A stretch of 64,000 nt of DNA from Rhodanobacteraceae bacterium (GCA_031425695.1 JANPJV010000300.1:16625-80624), one strand, 5' to 3'. Counted from the stretch's first letter, positions 50,093 through 57,181 are shown. Translations and numbers: made by a program. Notes: generated from the sequence alone by a model not told the origin.

Positions 50093-50625
50093 TCGACGCG
50101 CGGGCGCAGTTCGCCCAACTCCTGCAAGTGTTCGCGCACGGCCGCCTCCAGGGCGACGTGCAAGGTGTGCGGATCAACGCCGAGCCGCGCCGCCATCTGC
50201 GCCGAGATGCGCGCTGGCCAGTTCAACCACGCATCGCGCTCGGTGCGCGCGAGCTTGAAGATGTGCGCGATAGCCTGGTTGCGGTCGACCAACTCGCCCT
50301 TGAGGCGAGCCAGTCGCACTTTGTTCGTTTGTGCCTTGACCACCTCGTTGACGGTGCGCGCCTGGAGCAGCGACGCGCCGCCGGTGGGCAGCGTGGCGGT
50401 GGCATCGCCAGTCGGCGTGCTGTCGGCCGGAACGGGGGCACGCGCAGCCCGTGTGCGCGTGCCCACGCGCGGCGCCTCGGTGTTGCGCGACCACTGCGCA
50501 TCGGCGCGCGCGGCGTCGAGCGTGCCGTCGGCCTCTGGCGTGATGCGTCCCGCAGCGATGGCTTTGCGAACCGCGGCGTCTGACACGCCCCGGTGGCGCG
50601 CATACGCGCGGATCGACAGTCCCAT
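50089..50625 (-). CDS. terS: terminase small subunit (HTH)
   Basis: 178 aa. 'LSIRAYARHRGVSDAAVRKAIAAGRI' HTH. 4-nt overlap with terL. Confidence 0.75.
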   Translation of the reverse strand: MGLSIRAYARHRGVSDAAVRKAIAAGRITPEADGTLDAARADAQWSRNTEAPRVGTRTRAARAPVPADSTPTGDATATLPTGGASLLQARTVNEVVKAQTNKVRLARLKGELVDRNQAIAHIFKLARTERDAWLNWPARISAQMAARLGVDPHTLHVALEAAVREHLQELGELRPRVE

Positions 50626-50661
50626 CGGCTCTTTTCAATCCAGACAAACTTTCGACGAAAA

Positions 50662-50695
50662 GCGCTTGGCTTCACTCCCGAACAGCGTGTTCATG
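50662..50695 (+). promoter_or_regulatory. conserved element copy 1 (GCGCTTGGCTTC-ACTCCC-GAACAGCGTGTTC-ATG)
   Basis: Starts 76 nt upstream of ATG 50738. Shares GCTTGGCTT-N7-GAAC-N5-(G/A)TTCAT with copies 2-4. Confidence 0.7.
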
Positions 50696-50737
50696 TGTCC
50701 CGCAGCAAGCACATCCACGCCATCACGGAGCAGCACC

Positions 50738-50989
50738 ATGAGCACGACAACCCGCGACCGCCAGGAGATCGTCGACGAACTCGGCGAGATCCAGTCCCAG
50801 ATCCTCGAATCGGTTGAGCAAGCCCGCGCACTCCTGCGCCGCAACGAACTGCAGGGGGCGCTGATGCGCGCTGAGTCCTACTGGATCGCGCAGGTCATCA
50901 CCGCGATCAGCAACAACCACGGCTACCTCGGCAAATCGATGGTGAGCCTGCAGGACACCATCGAGGAAATCGAGAACGACGAAGACTGA
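50738..50989 (+). CDS. small acidic-tailed hypothetical protein
   Basis: 83 aa, 'MSTTTRDRQEIVDELGEIQ...EEIENDED'. GGAG 8 nt upstream. The longer track ORF (from 50165) is antisense to terS and rejected. Confidence 0.6.
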   Translation: MSTTTRDRQEIVDELGEIQSQILESVEQARALLRRNELQGALMRAESYWIAQVITAISNNHGYLGKSMVSLQDTIEEIENDED

Positions 50990-50998
50990 CGCCCTGCG

Positions 50999-51021
50999 CC
51001 GGGCGGGGACCTCCCGCCCGG
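50999..51021 (+). terminator. 9-bp GC hairpin after the first small gene (no clear U-tract)
   Basis: CCGGGCGGG-gacct-CCCGCCCGG, 10 nt after the stop codon. Confidence 0.35.
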
Positions 51022-51036
51022 TCTGGCCATCGGATT

Positions 51037-51070
51037 GCGCTTGGCTTCACCCACGAACAGCGCATTCATC
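51037..51070 (+). promoter_or_regulatory. conserved element copy 2 (GCGCTTGGCTTC-ACCCAC-GAACAGCGCATTC-ATC)
   Basis: Starts 69 nt upstream of ATG 51106. Confidence 0.7.
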
Positions 51071-51105
51071 ACGCGCCACACCCAACCCGACCACGGAGCA
51101 ACACC

Positions 51106-51696
51106 ATGAACACGAATCCACTGACCCCGGCACAACACTTCATCCTGGCCGCCGCCATCGAGCACCCCGACGGCCGAATCGAACGATTCCCGGACAACAT
51201 CAAGGGCGGCGCGCGCACCAAGGTGCTGGACGGCCTCTTCAATCGCGCACTGATCACGCCCAATGGCGAGGGCTGGCGCGTCGCCGCCGAAGGCTACGAC
51301 GCACTGGGCGCGCCGCGTCCAGGTGCCAACGCGCGGCGGATCTCCAGCTTCGAAGCCAAACTGGATGAAATCATCGCCGCCGCCGAAAGCACGGACGCCC
51401 CGGAAGCGCATCCTGAGCCCGACGACGTCGACATCGAAGGCGAAGTTGCCACCGCCGAGGCGACCTTCACGGCCCCGGCCACGACGCCGCGCACGCGCGA
51501 GAACAGCAAGCAGGCGGAAGTCATCCGCATGCTCCGGCGTCCCGAGGGCGCGACCATCCGCCAGATCTGCGAAGCCACCGGTTGGCAACAGCACACGGTG
51601 CGCGGCACCTTTGCCGGCGCCTTCAAGAAGAAGCTTGGCATGACCCTGACGTCCGATAAGCACCCGGGCGCGGAACGGGTCTACCGCGCCGCCTGA
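51106..51696 (+). CDS. DUF3489-like protein
   Basis: 196 aa. C-terminal 'SKQAEVIRMLRRPEGATIRQICEATGWQQHTVRGTFAGAFKKKLGMTL' matches the DUF3489 signature as I remember it. Confidence 0.7.
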   Translation: MNTNPLTPAQHFILAAAIEHPDGRIERFPDNIKGGARTKVLDGLFNRALITPNGEGWRVAAEGYDALGAPRPGANARRISSFEAKLDEIIAAAESTDAPEAHPEPDDVDIEGEVATAEATFTAPATTPRTRENSKQAEVIRMLRRPEGATIRQICEATGWQQHTVRGTFAGAFKKKLGMTLTSDKHPGAERVYRAA

Positions 51697-51721
51697 ATCA
51701 GCATCGGGAAGCCAGGCGGAA

Positions 51722-51755
51722 ACGCTTGGCTTCCTGCTTGAACAGCACGTTCATG
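51722..51755 (+). promoter_or_regulatory. conserved element copy 3 (ACGCTTGGCTTC-CTGCTT-GAACAGCACGTTC-ATG)
   Basis: Starts 63 nt upstream of ATG 51785. Here its left half also forms a 12-bp hairpin with a GAAA loop (51707-51734). Confidence 0.7.
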
Positions 51756-51784
51756 TCCCAACCACCACACGCCCGGAGCGCCCC

Positions 51785-52093
51785 ATGATTGAGAACTTGA
51801 ACGTCCGATTCGTCCGCAAGCCGCACGACCTCGACGACGTGCTCGACAGCATCCACGCTGGCGACTTCGCCAATCGCATCGAAATCCAAGCGCGCAAGGC
51901 GCTGACCGAAATCGAGTACGACGAGTTCGCCAGCGCCCCGCTCGCAGACCGCGAATGGTTGGCGGGGCTGGGTGGCTACCTCGAAGGCAGCGGGCGCCGC
52001 GTCGTTGAGGTCACGGCGCCGAATCGCACCACGCTATATGTCGACCCTTCCGGATCGAACTACGGGCGCTACGTCGGCCTCCGCGTCGACTGA
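51785..52093 (+). CDS. hypothetical protein
   Basis: 102-aa ORF with GGAG 8 nt upstream. Confidence 0.6.
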   Translation: MIENLNVRFVRKPHDLDDVLDSIHAGDFANRIEIQARKALTEIEYDEFASAPLADREWLAGLGGYLEGSGRRVVEVTAPNRTTLYVDPSGSNYGRYVGLRVD

Positions 52094-52104
52094 GGGCCCA
52101 AGCC

Positions 52105-52317
52105 ATGACCAGCAACGTCGATTTTCATCTGCAGCAACTGCACCTTTTGGTAGGCGGCACCATCACCGCCTTGGCCCGAACGGGCCCCGGCGAAGACGCC
52201 TTCGGCGAGGAGTTCTTCGGGCTGGTCGTCACGCTGCCGAACGGCCAGCGACGGACGCTGATTCTGCTGTCCGATGCCGAGGGCAACGCGCCGGGGAGTT
52301 TCGAGATCGTCGATTGA
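52105..52317 (+). CDS. hypothetical protein
   Basis: 70-aa ORF starting 11 nt after the previous stop. It has no copy of the element of its own. Confidence 0.5.
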   Translation: MTSNVDFHLQQLHLLVGGTITALARTGPGEDAFGEEFFGLVVTLPNGQRRTLILLSDAEGNAPGSFEIVD

Positions 52318-52352
52318 ACGAGCTCGAATTTGCTCGAAGATTCTCCGGCAGA

Positions 52353-52386
52353 ACGCTTGGCTTTGGTGTCGAACAGCGCGTTCATG
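52353..52386 (+). promoter_or_regulatory. conserved element copy 4 (ACGCTTGGCTTT-GGTGTC-GAACAGCGCGTTC-ATG)
   Basis: Starts 70 nt upstream of ATG 52423. Confidence 0.7.
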
Positions 52387-52422
52387 GGCTCGTCGCCACC
52401 CACCAACGCCAAGGAGTCGATC

Positions 52423-52791
52423 ATGACCAAAACGACCAACGAGATCCCCGCCACCCGCAACGAGGGCTGGGGCTTTTACGGCACGATGAACGAGCACGCC
52501 GAGGCCGCATGGCCACTGGCCATGACCGCCGTCGCCAACGCCACGGGAGAATCCCTCGACACCGTGCGCGTGTTCCTCGACAGCCGATTTGGCCGCCACT
52601 ACGCGGACAACGTCCTGGATGCCTTCGACGTCGGCCGCAGCCTGCCGGACGCCATCGACGCCGCCACCAGCAAATGGATGGCGTGGACGATTGGCGGCAG
52701 GACCAGCATGGATTACGGCATCCCGCGTGGACTGCCTTACCTGACAGGCTTTGTGATCCACTGCGAAATTTGCGATGAAATGGCCGCCTGA
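52423..52791 (+). CDS. hypothetical protein ('GWGFYGTM...FLDSRFGRHYAD' family)
   Basis: The track ORF starts at 52330. ATG 52423 has an AAGGAG 6 nt upstream and is preferred; 122 aa. Confidence 0.6.
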   Translation: MTKTTNEIPATRNEGWGFYGTMNEHAEAAWPLAMTAVANATGESLDTVRVFLDSRFGRHYADNVLDAFDVGRSLPDAIDAATSKWMAWTIGGRTSMDYGIPRGLPYLTGFVIHCEICDEMAA

Positions 52792-53015
52792 TGAATACGC
52801 CCGCCACCGAACGGGAGCAGGCGCTGCGGTGGCTGATGGCCAACCGGCGTCCGGACGTCTCCATCGAACAGGCCGTGCGCTTGATGTGCGCGGCGCTGCC
52901 CCGCGATCTCACCACGATGCAACTACTGCGACGCATCGCGGAGGAGGAGGTCGCCAAAGAGCCTTCGCACCGATTCAGCTGGCGCATGCATCCTGGTCTG
53001 CCGCCGCGCGGATAG
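52791..53015 (+). CDS. hypothetical protein
   Basis: 74-aa ORF. 1-nt (TGATG) stop/start overlap with the previous gene. Its 3' end overlaps the convergent methyltransferase gene by 41 nt. Confidence 0.45.
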   Translation: MNTPATEREQALRWLMANRRPDVSIEQAVRLMCAALPRDLTTMQLLRRIAEEEVAKEPSHRFSWRMHPGLPPRG

Positions 53016-54216
53016 CCTTCTTGCCGGTGAAGTCCTCCCAACGCCGCACGATCACGTCGGCGTATTTCGGATCCAACTCCATCACACGCGCCACGCGCCC
53101 GGACTTCTCCGCGGCGATCAGCGTGGTGCCTGAGCCGCCGAACGGATCGAGCACCACATCGCCCGGGCGGCTGGAGTTGCGCAGCGCGCGCTCGACCAGC
53201 TCGACGGGCTTCATGGTGGGATGCAGATCGTTCTTTTGCGGCTTCTTGATCTGCCAGACATCGCTCTGGTCGCGGTCGCCGCACCAATGGCGCTGCGCGC
53301 CCTCGGGCCACCCGTACAGGATCGGCTCGTACTGGCGCTGGTAGTCGGCGCGGCCCAGCGTGAACGTGTGCTTGGCCCAGATGATGAAGGTCGACCACTT
53401 GCCGCCTGCGGCGCGGAATGCGGCCTGCAGCACGTCGAGTTCGCTTGAAGACATGGCGACGTAGATGCCGCCGCGACAGTGGGCCAGGATCGGCGTCAGC
53501 GCCGCCAGCAGGAAATCGTAGAAGCCGTCGCCGAGGTTGTCGTTGAGGATCGCGCGGTCCTTGCCACGCAGCTTGTCCTTGGCGCTGTTGGCGTAGTTCA
53601 CGTTGTAGGGCGGGTCGGTAAACACCATGTCCACCGCCTCGCCATCGAGCAGCGCGTCGTAGCTCGCCGTCACGGTCGCATCGCCGCAGAGTAGCCGGTG
53701 TGGGCCCAGTTGCCAGACGTCGCCGAGGCGCGATACCGGCGTCTCGCCGACCTCGGGCACCGCATCCTCGTCGGTCTCGCCATCGTTGACCGGCTCGTCG
53801 CCCGCCATCAACTCGGCCAGCGCATCGGCGTCAAAGCCGGTCAGGTCAAGATCGAAGCCTTCGCCCTGCAGATCGGCCAACTCCACGCGGAGCATGGCTT
53901 CATCCCACTCGGCGTTCTCTGCGATGCGGTTGTCTGCGATGACCAGGGCGCGACGTTGGGTCGCCGTGAGGTGGTCGAGAACGACCACCGGCACCGACGC
54001 CAGGCCAAGTTTCTGCGCGGCGGCCAGTCGCCCGTGGCCGGCGACAATCACACCATCGCTGCCGGCAAGAATTGGATTTGTAAAGCCGAATTCCGCGATG
54101 CTTGCGGCGATCTGCGCGACCTGAGCGTCCGAATGGGTGCGTGCGTTGCGGGCGTACGGGATCAGTTTGTCGGTGGGCCACGGCGCGATCTTGTCGGCCA
54201 GCCACGACACGCTCAC
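52975..54216 (-). CDS. ParB-N (nuclease-like) domain fused to DNA methyltransferase, DPPY type (probably N6-adenine)
   Basis: 413 aa. 'LIPYARNARTHSDAQVAQIAASIAEFGFTNPIL..AGHGRLAAAQKLG'. 'VFTDPPYNVNY' (motif IV). C-terminal 'VVLDPFGGSGTTLIAA' (motif I). Confidence 0.85.
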   Translation of the reverse strand: MSVSWLADKIAPWPTDKLIPYARNARTHSDAQVAQIAASIAEFGFTNPILAGSDGVIVAGHGRLAAAQKLGLASVPVVVLDHLTATQRRALVIADNRIAENAEWDEAMLRVELADLQGEGFDLDLTGFDADALAELMAGDEPVNDGETDEDAVPEVGETPVSRLGDVWQLGPHRLLCGDATVTASYDALLDGEAVDMVFTDPPYNVNYANSAKDKLRGKDRAILNDNLGDGFYDFLLAALTPILAHCRGGIYVAMSSSELDVLQAAFRAAGGKWSTFIIWAKHTFTLGRADYQRQYEPILYGWPEGAQRHWCGDRDQSDVWQIKKPQKNDLHPTMKPVELVERALRNSSRPGDVVLDPFGGSGTTLIAAEKSGRVARVMELDPKYADVIVRRWEDFTGKKAIRAAADQDACAS

Positions 54217-55616
54217 GGCGACTCCGGCGCGGCGCGCGCGGTGGCGACAGCAGCAAAGGGTTGTCCGGTGGCTGCGAGGCGCACCGGCTCGTTTGGAAAG
54301 TTCTGCTGGAACCGGCGAATGGCCACGTCGACATACTCGGGCGCGATCTCCACAGCGCGCGCCACACGTCCGGTACGCTGCGCTGCGAGGATCGTCGTGC
54401 CGGAGCCGCTGAACGGCTCGAACACGATCTCGCCCTCAGCTGAGTAGGTCTCGATGACGAACTGGGGCAGCGCCACCGGAAACACCGCAGGATGGTCGAT
54501 GCCTTCGCCGATCTTGCCCTTGTGGCGCATGACCCGGATCACCGAGTCGGGAATGCGATGGTCCTGCGTCGGTTGGCCAGCATGGGTCCAACCACCGACA
54601 TCGCCGTCCCTGCCGCGCAGGGCAGTCGACGAGCCATCGGCGCGCAGGTGGGTGTCTTGCCCGGCGAATTTGCAGGGCACGGTCTTGTTCGGCTTGCGGG
54701 TGTCGCGGTTGAGATGGAATACAAACTCGAAGCTCGGCGCAAGGCGGCCGGCCCAATCGCCCGGCATACCCGGGCCCTGGTCCCAGACGTACCAGGCGAA
54801 GCGGCGCCAGCCCTGCGTTCGCATCCATCCGAGCCAGGCATCCCAGTAGGGGATGAACTCGTTGTCGCGGTGGATCAGGCCGAGGTTCACCAGGACCTGA
54901 CCGTTCTCGGCCATCGGCAGGTGCGCAAAGACGCCGCGCATCAGACCATCCCAGTCGGCAATGCCGCCCGAGGTGTAGTCGCGTTGGTTGCCATAGGGTG
55001 GCGAGGTGAAGCACACGCCTGCGCGCTCGCCCTGCATCAGCGCGTCGATGACGCTGCGGTCCGCGGCGTCACCGCAGATCAGGCGGTGCGCGCCGAGCAA
55101 CCAGACGTCGCCCGGGCGCGATACCGCGACGGTCGGTGCGTGGGGCACGTCGTCGGCAGCGTCGTCTTCCTGCGTATCTTCGTCGCCTTCCTCCGGATCG
55201 GCGGCATCCGTGTCAGCGAGCAGCGATTGCAGCTCGGCGTCTTCGAAGCCCGTAAGCGCGAGGTCGAATCCGGCCTCGGTGAGGTCGGCCAGTTCGAGCG
55301 CCAACATTTCCGCGTCCCAACCAGCGTCCAGCGCCAGGCGGTTGTCGGCAATGACGTAGGCGTGCTTTTGCGCCGGCGACAAGTGCGCCAGTTCGATCAC
55401 CGGCACGTCGGCCAGTCCCAGCTTGCGTGCGGCCGCCAAACGTCCGTGGCCCGCGATGACACCCTGCACCGCATCCACCAGAATGGGCGTGGTCCAGCCG
55501 AACTCGGCGATGCTTGCCGCGATCTTGGCGATCTGCGCATCGCTGTGCGTGCGCGGATTGCGGGCGTAGGGGATCAGCGTCTCGACCTGGCGGTACTCGA
55601 CGTGGAGCGAATTCAC
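54213..55616 (-). CDS. ParB-N domain fused to DNA methyltransferase, SPPY type (possibly N4-cytosine)
   Basis: The track ORF extends to 55862. GTG 55616 is preferred because the N-terminus then aligns with its paralogue ('VNSLHVEYRQVETLIPYARNPRTHS'). 'CFTSPPYGNQRDY', 'IVFEPFSGSGTTILAA'. Confidence 0.8.
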   Translation of the reverse strand: MNSLHVEYRQVETLIPYARNPRTHSDAQIAKIAASIAEFGWTTPILVDAVQGVIAGHGRLAAARKLGLADVPVIELAHLSPAQKHAYVIADNRLALDAGWDAEMLALELADLTEAGFDLALTGFEDAELQSLLADTDAADPEEGDEDTQEDDAADDVPHAPTVAVSRPGDVWLLGAHRLICGDAADRSVIDALMQGERAGVCFTSPPYGNQRDYTSGGIADWDGLMRGVFAHLPMAENGQVLVNLGLIHRDNEFIPYWDAWLGWMRTQGWRRFAWYVWDQGPGMPGDWAGRLAPSFEFVFHLNRDTRKPNKTVPCKFAGQDTHLRADGSSTALRGRDGDVGGWTHAGQPTQDHRIPDSVIRVMRHKGKIGEGIDHPAVFPVALPQFVIETYSAEGEIVFEPFSGSGTTILAAQRTGRVARAVEIAPEYVDVAIRRFQQNFPNEPVRLAATGQPFAAVATARAAPESP

Positions 55617-55630
55617 GCTGATGCGGGTCC

Positions 55631-55667
55631 TGAAAATGAAAAACCCGCCGACGAAAGCCGTGGCGGG
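55631..55667 (-). terminator. intrinsic terminator-like hairpin 14 nt upstream of the methyltransferase start codon
   Basis: The minus strand reads CCCGCC-ACGGCTTTCGTC-GGCGGG followed by TTTTTCATTTTCA. The methyltransferase GTG is at 55616. Confidence 0.55.
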
Positions 55668-55690
55668 TGGAGTGGAATCGAAGGTGAGAG

Positions 55691-55736
55691 TGCGAACCGG
55701 GTGCGAACCTGCGAACCGTGCGAACCTGAGTTCGCA
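55691..55736. repeat. array of four direct TGCGAACC repeats plus one inverted copy
   Basis: Plus-strand copies at 55691, 55702, 55710 and 55719. Inverted GTTCGCA at 55730-55736. On the minus strand TGCGAAC-tcag-GTTCGCA is a perfect 7-bp dyad followed by three more GGTTCGCA. Confidence 0.8.
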
Positions 55737-55971
55737 ACCAGACGCTAGCGATGTATCGCGCTCGTCCCCCCCGTATGGAACTTTCCGCAGGAAGGACCCC
55801 TTTTCGCCCCGGCAGCGTGGCTTTTGCGCCACTGTGGCTTCATCGCCACTGCCACCGAGCATGGATGGAATCCTACGCCGGATCGCCGGAATTGTTGCGC
55901 GGCCTCATCGCCGCGCATGTCCCACCATGACCGCTATCGCGACGAGCGACGCGCTAAAACACGCCAAAACG

Positions 55972-56364
55972 CTACCGGATAGACACGGTGTTGAGTCTCG
56001 TGGCAACCGATCCAAGTGCCGCCTGCCAGCGCCGCCACGCGGTGCTGCGGTCGCAGGCGAAGCGGATCGTGATATCGCGCCAGCCGTAGCGCTTGGCGCG
56101 CATCCACACCAGATGGCGCTGCTCCTCGTCGAGCCACTGCACCCAATGCATCGTCTCCAGCATCCGGTCGATGGCGCCTGGCGACGGCGGGAAGGGGCGA
56201 TAGACTTTCTCGTCGGCCGAGAAGGCTTCCCAAGCGTTGCGCGCGATCACCGGCCAGGTGCTGAAGTAGCCGGCCACACGCACGGGCGGCAGGCGACGGC
56301 TGGTACTGGCCGCTTCTTCGAAGCGTGCGGCCACCGCATCAATCGTCCAGGTCCGGTCAGCCAC
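55972..56364 (-). CDS. phage protein with C-terminal HTH-like segment (possible regulator)
   Basis: 130 aa. 'YGWRDITIRFACDRSTAWRRWQAALGSVATRLN' resembles a sigma-region-4 / HTH. Last gene before the repeat array. Confidence 0.55.
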   Translation of the reverse strand: MADRTWTIDAVAARFEEAASTSRRLPPVRVAGYFSTWPVIARNAWEAFSADEKVYRPFPPSPGAIDRMLETMHWVQWLDEEQRHLVWMRAKRYGWRDITIRFACDRSTAWRRWQAALGSVATRLNTVSIR

Positions 56365-56560
56365 GGCGCGCGCCTCCGTACAGTCGTTCGCCGATGGCCT
56401 TCACGAACTCGCGCTCGAACAGATCCAGCCGCTCGTCGGCGACGTTGACCACGAGGATGTTTTGGTCGCGCCATCCGCGTTGCTTCATCGCATCGAGATC
56501 GGTCACCTCGGGTTGAATGCGAGCCAGAGGACAACGATAGGTCGGCATCGGAATCTTCAT
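56357..56560 (-). CDS. small hypothetical phage protein
   Basis: The track ORF starts at 56647. ATG 56560 (1 nt after the RuvC-like stop) is preferred; 67 aa. Confidence 0.45.
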   Translation of the reverse strand: MKIPMPTYRCPLARIQPEVTDLDAMKQRGWRDQNILVVNVADERLDLFEREFVKAIGERLYGGARRG

Positions 56561-56561
56561 C

Positions 56562-57038
56562 TCAGACCTCCTGAACCAGACGGTGGTGGGCAAGGGCCCA
56601 GCGCAGCAGCGCCAGCGCGTCGGCTTCGTTGTCATCGGTGGGCGCATGGCCGAGTGCGCGCATCGCGCTCAACACGTCGTCCTTGGATGCGTTGCCTTTG
56701 CCGCTGGCGTGCTTCTTGATCGTGCCGACCGGCACGCCCTGGTAGGGAATCTGGTGGTGCTCGCACCACGCGGTGAGCGTGGCAAGGAAGCCGCCGTAGG
56801 CGTGTGCCGCGTCGGTCGAGACATGCCGGCGCACTTCCTCGAAGTACAGCGCATGGATACCGCCGGTCATGTCCTTGAGTTCCGCGAGCCAGCGCTTGAA
56901 GCGCAGGAAGCGCATCCCGCCGCCCTCGAAGCGCTGCGGTCGGAAGCCCGCGCTGCCGCTGGTGATCGCGCCGTCGCTGCCGCGCAGCGCCCAGCCGGTG
57001 GTGGTGCCCAAATCGAGGGCGAGAATCGTCGTAGTCAT
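56562..57038 (-). CDS. RuvC-like Holliday junction resolvase
   Basis: The track ORF starts at 57536; ATG 57038 is preferred (158 aa). 'ILALDLGTTTGWAL', 'YFEEV', 'DDNEADALALL'. Confidence 0.75.
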   Translation of the reverse strand: MTTTILALDLGTTTGWALRGSDGAITSGSAGFRPQRFEGGGMRFLRFKRWLAELKDMTGGIHALYFEEVRRHVSTDAAHAYGGFLATLTAWCEHHQIPYQGVPVGTIKKHASGKGNASKDDVLSAMRALGHAPTDDNEADALALLRWALAHHRLVQEV

Positions 57039-57181
57039 GGGTGCAGTCCTCAAATGGCTTTCGGACTGACGCATCGGACGGATCACATCGAAACACCCCA
57101 TGAGGTGCGCGCACGTCTCGCGCGCGTAGGAGTTACGACGTAGTCCGTCACATCCGTCAGGCGTGTCTGTCGGCATGGCGG

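Noticed and set aside
50680-50692. GAAC-N5-GTTC dyad as a LexA (Cheo-type GAAC-N4-GTTC) box, an alphaproteobacterial GTTC-N7-GTTC box or a sigma-54 promoter
   Set aside because: The spacing is N5 in all copies, not N4 or N7. There is no TGGCAC-N5-TTGC arrangement. An SOS link is therefore unsupported.
50165-50737. front part of the 274-aa plus-strand ORF 50165-50989
   Set aside because: It is antisense to terS and low-complexity. Only the last 83 codons, from ATG 50738 with a GGAG, look like a gene.
51707-51734. 12-bp hairpin with a GAAA tetraloop involving the left half of element copy 3, considered as a conserved RNA structure
   Set aside because: The complementary upstream arm (GGAAGCCAGGCG) is absent from copies 1, 2 and 4. 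The CGCT/AGCG pairing within the element shows no covariation.
50655-52390. the conserved element read as a minus-strand micro-ORF (MN[TAV]LF..[EK]AKR[FNS])
   Set aside because: The four copies continue into unrelated sequence with very different stop positions (18-19 codons in two copies, long open frames in the other two). There is no SD. Conservation fits a DNA or RNA signal better.
55617-56448. 82-codon upstream extension of the SPPY methyltransferase ORF, and the 275-aa plus-strand ORF 55621-56448
   Set aside because: The extension runs through the terminator hairpin and the TGCGAACC repeats and has no counterpart in the paralogous methyltransferase. The plus ORF is antisense to two well-packed minus-strand genes.
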